DNA from: Leptolyngbya iicbica LK
GTDB taxonomy: Bacteria; Cyanobacteriota; Cyanobacteriia; Phormidesmidales; Phormidesmidaceae
DNA: 24,000 bases
Assembly: GCF_004212215.1 (NCBI RefSeq)
Contig: NZ_QVFV01000013.1
Span: 21,030-45,029 of the forward strand
Direction of reading: 5' to 3'
The notes beneath the pieces were generated by a model that did no database searches, had not been told where the DNA came from, and saw nothing but the letters and a program-made list of their open reading frames with translations. The translations under genes and the position numbers were made by a program. Positions within the stretch are counted from its first letter, which is position 1, and every line of letters begins with the position of its first letter. Below, piece by piece: positions 1 to 7,879 of this stretch.

Positions 1-724
1 GCATGCGCACATCCGCTGGGATGTCGTCTTGCTTGGTGGCACCCACCAAGGGATGGAGGAAGAGACCATCCACAATTTCTAAAGCGCACTTTTGAATATA
101 TTCGTGGGCGCGATGGATAGGATTACGGGTCTGAAAGCCGACGACCGTTTGCCAACCGCGCTCGGCAAACATCACCCGCGAGACGGCTGGGTCAATTTGA
201 TATTTCGGGAACAGAGGATGGGGATCACGCTCTAGCAGCCAGACCGGGCCAGCCAAGTTCACCTCGCCCTGGTCATAGACGACTTTAACGCCAGGGTGCT
301 TTTCTTCGTCGGTACGATAAACGTTGATCGCTTCTTTTTGCTTGTCGTAGGCGTATTTTTCAGTCAGTTCCAAGACACCAACAAAGCGTCCGGCACTGTC
401 ATCCAACCGAACTTTCGTGCCTTCGGTGAGGGAGTCGGCGATCGTCGCTTCGACCGACAGCGTCACGGGGATCGCCCAGGGTAGGCCATTAGCCAGCCGC
501 ATATCAGTAACGACGGTGTCGTAATCAGCGCGCCCCAAAAATCCTTCTAACGGACTAAAGCCGCCGATCGCAATCATCACCAAATCAGAGACCGCTCGTT
601 CATCGAGGGTGATGCGGGGCATCGTGTCGCCAGCTTCTAAAAAAGCTTCTCGTTGCTCAGGGGTGGCGATGCGATGCACCAAGGTGCCACCGTGGGCGGC
701 GTTAATGTCCAGGGATGTAGTCAA
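1..724 (-). CDS. sat: Sulfate adenylyltransferase (ATP sulfurylase), N-terminal part; the 3' end lies beyond the left edge of the window
   Basis: Absent from the ORF track because it runs off the edge. My minus-strand translation from TTG at 724 reads [29 protein letters not shown]...[48 protein letters not shown]. QTRNPxHRAHE and HPLVGxTK are ATP-sulfurylase signature motifs. An in-frame TGA four codons upstream of the TTG bounds the start, and GAGAGG lies just upstream. Confidence 0.85.
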   Translation of the reverse strand, partial: MTTSLDINAAHGGTLVHRIATPEQREAFLEAGDTMPRITLDERAVSDLVMIAIGGFSPLEGFLGRADYDTVVTDMRLANGLPWAIPVTLSVEATIADSLTEGTKVRLDDSAGRFVGVLELTEKYAYDKQKEAINVYRTDEEKHPGVKVVYDQGEVNLAGPVWLLERDPHPLFPKYQIDPAVSRVMFAERGWQTVVGFQTRNPIHRAHEYIQKCALEIVDGLFLHPLVGATKQDDIPADVRM

Positions 725-824
725 AATACGAACCTCTCAAACTGCTAAACGGACTTGTCCAGTATTCCCAATGCCGCCCGCTGAGTCCGGTGACATCAGG
801 AAAGAACCGGGAATCTTGGCAGCG

Positions 825-1946
825 CTAGGTCGGAGCACTCGCTTGCGCCAGCGCGGCATCTACCCGGGCTTGCACTGGCAGCGGCTCAATGATGCCGCCC
901 CCAAGAACGCGATCGCCGTCATACCAAACGGCCGCCTGCCCCGGGGTGACACCAAATTGCGGCTCGGCAAATACCAGCTGCACGCGTGCGCCCTCGGTCT
1001 CAGAGGCCGCGCTTAGCGGTACCAGCGTGGCTGGCACCGCCGTTGAGCGATAACGAATCTGTACGGTGACCGAGAGGGGCTCCGTGGGGGGCGCTGCCGA
1101 TACCCAGTTTACGCGGTGAACGGTACAGTCTGGATAGTGAACGCTCGCGCGATCGCCCACAATCACCTGGTTGCGACCAACATCTAGGGCGACGACGTAG
1201 AGTGGGTACGCCGCAGCGACGCCCAATCCTTTGCGTTGACCGATCGTATAGTTGTGTACCCCTGTATGGCGCCCCAAAATCCGCCCTTGGGTATCCACAA
1301 TATCTCCCGGTTTTGGCGCTAAATACTTCTCTAAAAACTGTCCCATGGAGCCATGATGCTCAATCAGGCACAAATCCTGGCTTTCGGGCTTGGCAGCGGT
1401 GTGCAGACCAAATTGCTCGGCCATTTGGCGCGTCTCCGCTTTGGTCTGCTCGCCCAACGGAAAGTGCAGCGAGCCCAACATCTCTTGGGTTAAATCGTAC
1501 AGAAAGTAAGACTGGTCTTTGTTGCGATCAACGGCGCGCAACAGCTCATAGCGCTGAGTCGTTTCGTTAAACCGCACCCGCGCATAGTGCCCCGTGGCGA
1601 TCGCCTCGGCCCCCAACTCGCGCCGGGCATAGTCCAACATCGGGCCAAACTTCACCGTGCGGTTACATTGCGAGCACGGTAGAGGAGTCACCCCAGCCTG
1701 ATACCCCTCGACCAAGTAATCCACAATATTGGCTTGAAAGGTATCGCGGCTATCCACAATGTGATGGGGCACCCCCAACTCTTCACAGAGTTGCGCCGCA
1801 TCTACCATCCCTTCTGAACAACATTGCCCCTTGCCTTTCATCAGCCACAGGGTCAGTCCGATCACCTCATGACCTTGATGATGCAATGTTGCGGCAGCCA
1901 CTGAACTATCGACCCCACCAGAGAGGCCCACAACAATTTTGCTCAT
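825..1946 (-). CDS. mnmA: tRNA 2-thiouridine(34) synthase MnmA
   Basis: ORF 825..1952. It has the N-terminal PP-loop [17 protein letters not shown], conserved catalytic Cys contexts ([19 protein letters not shown]) and full MnmA-length architecture. The track start at 1952 is TTG; the ATG at 1946 ([11 protein letters not shown]) is the more likely start. Confidence 0.9.
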   Translation of the reverse strand: MSKIVVGLSGGVDSSVAAATLHHQGHEVIGLTLWLMKGKGQCCSEGMVDAAQLCEELGVPHHIVDSRDTFQANIVDYLVEGYQAGVTPLPCSQCNRTVKFGPMLDYARRELGAEAIATGHYARVRFNETTQRYELLRAVDRNKDQSYFLYDLTQEMLGSLHFPLGEQTKAETRQMAEQFGLHTAAKPESQDLCLIEHHGSMGQFLEKYLAPKPGDIVDTQGRILGRHTGVHNYTIGQRKGLGVAAAYPLYVVALDVGRNQVIVGDRASVHYPDCTVHRVNWVSAAPPTEPLSVTVQIRYRSTAVPATLVPLSAASETEGARVQLVFAEPQFGVTPGQAAVWYDGDRVLGGGIIEPLPVQARVDAALAQASAPT

Positions 1947-2090
1947 CTTCAAAAAAGTCTGGAATTTTTCTATGAATGTAACTATCCTAGGCTAGCATTC
2001 GCCTCGACTGTTCGTAGGAAGGCCGAGGTCAGCTCATGGCTTATCTGTGACATCGCCCTCTAGCCCTCAGCTCTTAGCTGATCACGTCTT

Positions 2091-3044
2091 ATGAAATCAC
2101 ATTCTGCTCATTGGTCAAATGCAATGGTCACTTCCCGGTTTCGGCAGTGGTGTCGGCCACGTCTATCCGGGCTACCGATCGCCTGCTTGCTAGGCGGCGG
2201 CTTGGGATTGGCGATCGCTTTACCGAGTGTCGCCGCTACCTTGACCGCGCCGGAAGGGGTGACGGATGGGGCGATCGCTCAAGCCCTGCCCACCCCCTTG
2301 CCCCCACTGCCAACGAATAGCGGCGTCGCGCCCACCTCGGGAGATCAATATTTAGTGCTCGTTAACGGCAGTAGCGATCTGTTACTGCAGCAGGTGCGGC
2401 AAGTCGAGCCCGGGGCATTTGTAAATTTTGTTGATGGCCAGTCAGTGATCCAAGCTGGACGCTTCAACTCCTATGAAAATGCACAATATCGAGCGAATGA
2501 ATTAGCCGGCTTTGGCATCACTGCCGATGTCCAAAGCACCGACTATGCCAGTGCCCCCATCGCAGTTACCCCACCGTCTGATTACAGTTTGGCTTACCCC
2601 GCAACGGGTCAAGGGGTTGCCCAACCCTTTCCTAGCAACACGGTAGCCGCCACCCCTTCGACCATCGAATTTGGTCAGGCGGCCCCGTTTGGTTCTGCGG
2701 CCCCCACTTCGGCTGCAGCTTTTCCACCCTCCCCGTCAAACGTCAGTTATCCCAGCGGGCCGCCCACGGGCGCAACGCCGCCGCCGCTCACAACTCCTGC
2801 AGTTGTGCAAGGCAACTTAGCATCGGGCTACTACGTTGTGGTACCAGGGAGCTCGATTGAACTGCAACAGCTCGCAAATCAAATTGTGTCTTTAGGCGCA
2901 CCCAGCGTATTAGTGCAATCGCGCACTGCACCGCGTGGTCCTCATGTAGCGGTGGGACCTTATGGCGATTACGACATCGCTCAAGAATGGAATAACTATC
3001 TGCGCGATTCGGGCATTGCGGGTGCGCGGGTGCATTTTCAGTAA
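2091..3044 (+). CDS. Secreted protein with two SPOR-like (peptidoglycan-binding) repeats joined by a Pro/Ala/Ser-rich linker
   Basis: ORF 2091..3044. An N-terminal hydrophobic signal-like segment (LPIACLLGGGLGLAIALPSVAA) is followed by two similar modules: YLVLVNGSS...IQAGRFNSYENAQYRANELAGFGITADV and YYVVVPGSS...VAVGPYGDYDIAQEWNNYLRDSGIAGARV. Both resemble the SPOR fold pattern. Assignment is by motif resemblance only. An alternative start is ATG 2124. Confidence 0.55.
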   Translation: MKSHSAHWSNAMVTSRFRQWCRPRLSGLPIACLLGGGLGLAIALPSVAATLTAPEGVTDGAIAQALPTPLPPLPTNSGVAPTSGDQYLVLVNGSSDLLLQQVRQVEPGAFVNFVDGQSVIQAGRFNSYENAQYRANELAGFGITADVQSTDYASAPIAVTPPSDYSLAYPATGQGVAQPFPSNTVAATPSTIEFGQAAPFGSAAPTSAAAFPPSPSNVSYPSGPPTGATPPPLTTPAVVQGNLASGYYVVVPGSSIELQQLANQIVSLGAPSVLVQSRTAPRGPHVAVGPYGDYDIAQEWNNYLRDSGIAGARVHFQ

Positions 3045-3167
3045 ATGCCTTTGCTCCCAGTACTAGCAGCGATCGCCGCGCGAGTAACTCGGGACTGAGT
3101 CACAATTTCGGATAGCCGCGTCCCAATTGCATAGGTATTGAATACGGAATCAGATTGCCTAAACATT

Positions 3168-3207
3168 AGGCCCTATGGACGAAGATGCTCGTAGGGCCTT
3201 TATTATT
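3168..3207 (+). terminator. Rho-independent terminator candidate downstream of the SPOR-like gene
   Basis: AGGCCCTA (3168-3175) pairs perfectly with TAGGGCCT (3192-3199), and the stem is extendable with wobble pairs. It is followed by TTTATTATT. Confidence 0.5.
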
Positions 3208-3315
3208 GCCAGCGCTGGGCTGCTGCTGCCATCAGTCTGGGCAACCATCCATATCAGACACCTTGACCGAGTGAAATCGTTGAAATCATTTAGATAGTCC
3301 ATTAGCCAAGCCATC

Positions 3316-4920
3316 ATGATGCATTCCCCACTGCGCGACCAGCCAGACTTTGCCTCCTCGGTGATTGTCACGGCCCAGCAAATGCAAGCCGTGGAAGCAA
3401 CGATCTTTGCCGAAGGGATGCCCGTAGCAGCGCTCATGGAAAAGGTGGCAGGCAAAGTCGCCCGGTGGATTATGCAGCACTTTCCCCGCGATCGCTTTCC
3501 TCTAGTTGGGTGCATTGTGGGACCGGGGCATAACGGTGGGGATGCGTTGGTCGTCGCCCGCGAGCTTCATCATCGCGGCTATCAAATGCTTATCTGGTAT
3601 CCCTTCGCCCAAGTGAAAGAACTCACCGCCCAACACAAAGCCTATTTGGAATATTTAGGCGTCCGGTTTACCCAGGCGAGTGAGGAGCTGAATTTTTGCG
3701 ATCTGCTCATCGACGGGGGATTTGGGTTAGGGCTGACACGCCCCTTGACAGGAGAACTCGCGACGGGCATCCGCACCTTGAACACCGGCACCGTGCCCGT
3801 CGTCAGTATCGACCTGCCCTCGGGCTTGGAAAGCAATACCGGGGAAGTATTAGGCGTCGCGGTGCAGGCCACGCATACCCTTTGCCTGGGCCTCTGGAAA
3901 CTGGGATTACTGCAAGATCGAGCGCAACCCTGGGTGGGACAGTGTCACTTGATCCCGTTTGATGTGCCGCTAACAGCGCTCCAACCCGCCTTGCAGGATC
4001 AGCCGCCGCCCTGCTGCTTGACTGCCGCTGCCGCGATCGCCCGCCTGCCCTTGCCGCGATCGCCCATTGCCCATAAATACACCGCAGGCCATGCCCTGCT
4101 CATTGCGGGATCACGGCAATATGCCGGGGCGGCCCTGTTGGCCGCCCAAGGCGCGCTCGCCAGCGGGGTCGGTATGCTCACCCTCGTTGTGCCGGAGAGT
4201 TTGCGACTTATGGTGGTGAGCCAACTCCCCGAAGCCTTGGTCATTGGGGCGACTGAAACTGCCCAGGGAGCGATCGCCGCACTGCCCGATGATTGGGAAT
4301 GGGATCGCTACGATGTCGTGGCTTGCGGGCCTGGACTAACCATAGATGCGGCCTCCGTAGTGAAGGCGGTGTTGCAGAGCGATCGCCCCCTCGTGCTGGA
4401 TGCTGACGGCTTGAACAGCTTGGCACAAGAGGATGATCCCAAGGGTCGATTAGCCGCTCGTACAGCACCCACGCTCCTGACGCCTCACGTGGGTGAATTT
4501 CGGCGGCTCTTTCCCCAACCGTGGCAAGCTGCCGCATCCCCTAGCTTGGCCGCCAGTCAAGCCGCGATCGCGGCCCACTCTACCCTCATTCTCAAAGGGG
4601 CCATTAGTGCGATCGCCCATGCGGATGGTCAATTGTGGTTCAACCCTGACAGCAGTGCAGCCCTAGCCCGAGGCGGCAGCGGCGATGTGTTGACGGGGCT
4701 GGTCACGGGGCTCGCCGCGCAACTGGCACAAACCGCAGTCACCGACACGATGCTACTGGATGCCGCGATCGCGGCAGTGTGGTGGCATGCACAAACCGGC
4801 CGCGCCATTGCGGCTCAACAGACAGAGCTCGGGTGCCCAGCTAGCGAGTTGGCCAAACAGTTACCGCGAGTGCTAGCCGAGCAACTCCAAACCGCTAACG
4901 CCACGGCTCCAGTGTGGTAG
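3316..4920 (+). CDS. nnr: Bifunctional NAD(P)H-hydrate repair enzyme (N-terminal epimerase, C-terminal ADP-dependent dehydratase)
   Basis: ORF 3316..4920, 534 aa. The YjeF-N motif is VGPGHNGGDALVVAREL. The C-terminal carbohydrate-kinase-like half has HKYTAGHALLIAGS, LDADGL, LTPHVGEF and GGSGDVLTG. Confidence 0.85.
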   Translation: MMHSPLRDQPDFASSVIVTAQQMQAVEATIFAEGMPVAALMEKVAGKVARWIMQHFPRDRFPLVGCIVGPGHNGGDALVVARELHHRGYQMLIWYPFAQVKELTAQHKAYLEYLGVRFTQASEELNFCDLLIDGGFGLGLTRPLTGELATGIRTLNTGTVPVVSIDLPSGLESNTGEVLGVAVQATHTLCLGLWKLGLLQDRAQPWVGQCHLIPFDVPLTALQPALQDQPPPCCLTAAAAIARLPLPRSPIAHKYTAGHALLIAGSRQYAGAALLAAQGALASGVGMLTLVVPESLRLMVVSQLPEALVIGATETAQGAIAALPDDWEWDRYDVVACGPGLTIDAASVVKAVLQSDRPLVLDADGLNSLAQEDDPKGRLAARTAPTLLTPHVGEFRRLFPQPWQAAASPSLAASQAAIAAHSTLILKGAISAIAHADGQLWFNPDSSAALARGGSGDVLTGLVTGLAAQLAQTAVTDTMLLDAAIAAVWWHAQTGRAIAAQQTELGCPASELAKQLPRVLAEQLQTANATAPVW

Positions 4921-5450
4921 TCGGCGATCGATGGAAGCATCAAGTTGCGGCGGCGATCGGGGCCTGAACCGTGATCGGTCAATGAACGGTTGGGCCGCCG
5001 AGCACATGCCATGAGTCCAGTACCAGCGGGATACTTTGCTTGCGTCCCCGCACCTGGGCAGGACCTTAGCGTCATAGGACTGGATGCTACTGGGGATCAC
5101 GGAGCTCACACGTATAGATATGACCGACCATAGCCAGTGCTCCTTACTCAACTGAGTCATCGCCAGTCGCCCCCAACGGTTTCTATATTGGGAGTGCAAA
5201 CGCTTATCGGAAAGGCGATTGGGTCAACAGCAGTAATCAGCTCAAGTTTCCTAAAACTGCAATCTTTCCGGACGAAGCATGTGCTAAAAGTAATACAGAT
5301 TTAAGTTGCTCCTATAAGTCACCCCTCAGCTAATTCTGACTGTTTGCGATAGCAATTCACTGCATCTGCGGCATGGTTATGAAGACTCCGACCCACTCGT
5401 GAGTACATCATCGTCAAGAGCGCCGACGGCAACTACAGATGAATGCATTG

Positions 5451-5546
5451 CACTAGCTGACTTCATCGGCATCAAACCGGACTCTCATCGGCGGCTTCAG
5501 ACAATTATCGAGCAATCACGATGCCGATAGTGAAGTCAGCACTAGC
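5451..5546. repeat. Long bulged inverted repeat (hairpin-capable) inside an ORF-poor island
   Basis: The left arm is CACTAGCTGACTTCATCGGCATC (5451-5473). The right arm is GATGCCGATAGTGAAGTCAGCACTAGC (5520-5546). The reverse complement of the left arm is GATGCCGATGAAGTCAGCTAGTG, giving 9+9+3 paired positions with 3-nt and 2-nt bulges and a 46-nt loop. Confidence 0.6.
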
Positions 5547-5857
5547 CGTTAGAAATGACCGCAAGCAGTAAGTGCTAGACGTTTGGATGTCAGGTCTGGG
5601 GGAGTCATCACCCTGAGGCATGGCGTCTTCAAGCCAATTTTGGGACGATAAACTGCCGTAGATCGATAAGGACGTGGTAAACCAGCTGGTTACTGCTGTT
5701 GGGCAGACCGATCGCGATCGCTGGCTGGGCGACATCCTTCGCGGCTGTGAGCAACTTAGCGGCCCCGAGTTTTGCCCCCTGCAGAACTCATCTTCGTTTA
5801 CTAACCGGATCTGCAACCCCAGTGAGGGCTGCAGTCCAGGCACTAAGGATCTCTCCG

Positions 5858-6520
5858 ATGCAGACAGGATTTTCGTTATCAACTATTGGCTTCGCCGGAC
5901 TATTAGTCGGCAGCTTGGGATTAGCAGGCTGTCCATCATTGCACCGGCTCGCAGAGTCACCGTCATCGTCAGCACAGGCGTTACCCGTGGTGCAGTCGGG
6001 ACCCACTCAAGTGGCGATCGCGACGGCCCCCCCCACCGCGATCGCCTACGACATTTGTGGCGAGATCGACGATTGGCAACGTCCCAGTCTCGAAGAACAG
6101 ACGACCGCCCTGCAGGAAAATCCCCGTTACGGCGAAGCCTTGGCCACGGAACCGCTGCAAAGCCTGTTTGAAAAGTTTTGGCATGAATCGCTGATCACCT
6201 TTACGACCTATGGTTTAAGCGCCCGCACGGAACCGATCTACCTGAGTGGCGTTTGGACGGGGATCGATGAAATGTCGGCCTGTTATGAGGGCGATCGCCC
6301 CACCGCCATCAACGCGGGTGAGCGCGCCGAAATGTGGTTAATCGGCTATCAAGTCGTCGATTTCACCTGGACGGGCGACCAGTATCAAATGACGGTTGAA
6401 CCCACCACCACTGGACTGCGCTTTCTCCAATTTGAGCGAGTTGAGAGTGCCGCCACATTACCGCTCGTGGTGCTAGAAAACACCGGGGCAACGCTCACAG
6501 TCGCGACCGGCGATTGGTAA
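5858..6520 (+). CDS. Lipoprotein of unknown function
   Basis: The ORF frame is open from 5699, but the first 53 codons are not protein-like. ATG 5858 is preceded by AAGGA and gives MQTGFSLSTIGFAGLLVGSLGLAGC, a signal peptide plus lipobox (LAGC). I recognise no family for the mature part. Confidence 0.55.
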   Translation: MQTGFSLSTIGFAGLLVGSLGLAGCPSLHRLAESPSSSAQALPVVQSGPTQVAIATAPPTAIAYDICGEIDDWQRPSLEEQTTALQENPRYGEALATEPLQSLFEKFWHESLITFTTYGLSARTEPIYLSGVWTGIDEMSACYEGDRPTAINAGERAEMWLIGYQVVDFTWTGDQYQMTVEPTTTGLRFLQFERVESAATLPLVVLENTGATLTVATGDW

Positions 6521-6657
6521 GCCGCCACGGTGCTCGATGACGCCAGTGCCCAAAATCTCTGGCATTCTTCTATCGATTAGCGCTTGTCAGACCGGCGATC
6601 CCTTTGTGAAAGTGCAAGTGTGGCGCGATGAGTCACATTCGTAACTTCGAGGGAGCT

Positions 6658-7329
6658 ATGTTGAAGGTTATATTTTCTCGCCTAGCGCGACTACTGCTGG
6701 TCGCGATCGCTGGCCTGAGCCTACTGCTGGGATCGGTAGCTTGCAGCACGACAACGCCAGACGAGTTGCCCCAATTGGAATCTGTCACCGATAGTCTGAA
6801 GAAGCCTCAAGACCGCACTACTACTGACGCGGCCAGCGTTGAGGCGGCAGAAGACACCCTAGAAACCGTGAGTGACACCACCACTAAGGCGGCAAAAAAC
6901 GTTACCGAAGCGGCGACAGAGGCCGCTAAGGAAACCGTTAAAGAGACGACTGAGGAAGTGACCAAAGCCGCTAAAGAAGGTACTGCTGAGGTCAAAGATA
7001 GTGTCGAAGCGATCGCCCCGACTGAAGACCTCACGGATGCCGCAGCCGATGAGACATCTGAACTAGTCCAGACGGTTAAAGACACCGTACAAACAACCGA
7101 AGCCGCTCTAGAGCAAAAATTAGAAGATGAAAAAGCCTCCATTCAGCAAAAGTTAGAAGCAGCCAATGAAGAGGCGGCGGAAGCGCTGGAAGCAGAGTTA
7201 GAGCGCGCTGCGGCAGCATTTGACGAAGAACTCGATAAGGCCGAGTCTCAAATCGTCCCCGTTGCCGAGGATGTCGAGGATCTCGCCACTGACCAACTGA
7301 AAGCGGCCGAGACAGCGGTTGAGAAATAA
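6658..7329 (+). CDS. Acidic Ala/Glu/Thr/Lys-rich lipoprotein, LEA-like/apolipoprotein-like helical repeat protein
   Basis: ORF 6628..7329. ATG 6658 is preceded by GAGGGA and gives MLKVIFSRLARLLLVAIAGLSLLLGSVAC (signal peptide plus lipobox). The rest is low-complexity, e.g. TTKAAKNVTEAATEAAKETVKETTEEVTKAAKEGTAEVKDSVEA and EQKLEDEKASIQQKLEAANEEAAEALEAELERAAAAFDEELDKAE. Confidence 0.6.
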   Translation: MLKVIFSRLARLLLVAIAGLSLLLGSVACSTTTPDELPQLESVTDSLKKPQDRTTTDAASVEAAEDTLETVSDTTTKAAKNVTEAATEAAKETVKETTEEVTKAAKEGTAEVKDSVEAIAPTEDLTDAAADETSELVQTVKDTVQTTEAALEQKLEDEKASIQQKLEAANEEAAEALEAELERAAAAFDEELDKAESQIVPVAEDVEDLATDQLKAAETAVEK

Positions 7330-7452
7330 AAGCCAGGCTTATTTAGGGCACGTTCTAACTTGCCAAAGTCGCAGGAAATCAGCCCAGCGCCACGAGTCGC
7401 TGATCCATTCGTCAGGCCAAAACGGTTTCAAGACACGGTCGAGACCTCATCA

Positions 7453-7513
7453 GGGGACGGTGCCCTTGAGTTCCTCCTGAGAGTATTGGCTGATCCAATA
7501 GGGCACCGTCCCC
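7453..7513. repeat. Perfect 14-bp GC-rich inverted repeat (stem-loop) with a structured 33-nt loop
   Basis: GGGGACGGTGCCCT (7453-7466) is the exact reverse complement of AGGGCACCGTCCCC (7500-7513). The loop holds CCTCC (7473-7477) and a nested ATTGG/CCAAT mini-hairpin (7485-7499). Confidence 0.7.
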
Positions 7514-7581
7514 AATGGCGGCTTATTTCATGGTTTGCGGTGTTGCGATCGCGCGATCAATCGATGAAATTAGATTGACCA

Positions 7582-7603
7582 TCCCTGAATCCCAGGGACT
7601 TTT
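7582..7603 (+). terminator. Weak terminator-like hairpin
   Basis: TCCCTG (7582-7587) pairs with CAGGGA (7593-7598) around a 5-nt loop, followed by CTTTTCC. Confidence 0.3.
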
Positions 7604-7655
7604 CCTAGAGCTGACGTAGAGAAAAAGAGCGATTTTTATTTCTTCGGCAATTTCA

Positions 7656-7685
7656 TTGTCGCAATTGAACTTTGTTCGCTATACT
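7656..7685 (+). promoter_or_regulatory. Candidate sigma70-type promoter for tRNA-fMet
   Basis: TATACT (7680-7685) lies 11 nt upstream of the mature tRNA 5' end. TTGTCG (7656-7661) sits 18 nt upstream of it, and an AT-rich tract (7621-7655) precedes that. Confidence 0.35.
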
Positions 7686-7696
7686 ACATAAGCCGA

Positions 7697-7773
<77 letters not shown>

Positions 7774-7785
7774 AATAAATGAAAG

Positions 7786-7814
7786 GCCCAGACAGATATC
7801 TGTCTGGGCTTTTT
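7786..7814 (+). terminator. Rho-independent terminator after tRNA-fMet, probably bidirectional (also closes the convergent M50 protease gene)
   Basis: GCCCAGACAGATATCTGTCTGGGC (7786-7809) is a perfect palindrome, followed by TTTTT (7810-7814). The opposite strand has a T-rich tail (CTTTCATTTATTT). Confidence 0.75.
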
Positions 7815-7879
7815 GCTGTCTGACGCTTTTATCGCCTTGTAGCTTTATTCATGCGGGCAGTCACCTTTAGTGAATCAAC

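Noticed and set aside
609-1570. Plus-strand ORFs 609..1016 and 1202..1570
   Set aside because: They lie antisense to sat and mnmA, which have unmistakable signatures. Their products are low-plausibility (R/P/G/C-rich).
1-1946. sat next to mnmA as a functional sulfur module
   Set aside because: They share only the theme of sulfur (sulfate activation versus tRNA thiolation using cysteine-derived persulfide). There is no known pathway link, and the roughly 100-nt gap has room for a separate sat promoter.
3159-3515. Minus-strand ORFs 3159..3515 and 3286..3480, plus several 60-100 aa ORFs inside nnr (3642..4632)
   Set aside because: They overlap the nnr CDS or the terminator region, have no motifs and have odd composition.
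5680-5691. 12-bp perfect palindrome AACCAGCTGGTT upstream of the lipoprotein gene, as an operator
   Set aside because: Several 12-bp palindromes are expected by chance in 24 kb, and nothing else supports it.
4873-5882. Minus-strand ORFs 4873..5199 (108 aa) and 5505..5882 (125 aa) as genes filling the first non-coding island
   Set aside because: The translations are W/R/S/C/P-rich with no recognisable fold or motif. One overlaps the nnr 3' end and the other overlaps the lipoprotein start. I treat them as non-coding, though a decayed pseudogene cannot be excluded without a database search.
6807-7142. 111-aa antisense ORF within the LEA-like gene
   Set aside because: It is an artefact of the GAA/GCC/ACC-rich low-complexity sense strand. 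The sense frame has a signal peptide, a lipobox and an SD.
7360-7578. 72-aa ORF (TTG start) covering the 14-bp stem-loop
   Set aside because: It has no ATG or SD and an unconvincing product. The perfect inverted repeat inside it is better explained as an RNA or DNA structure.
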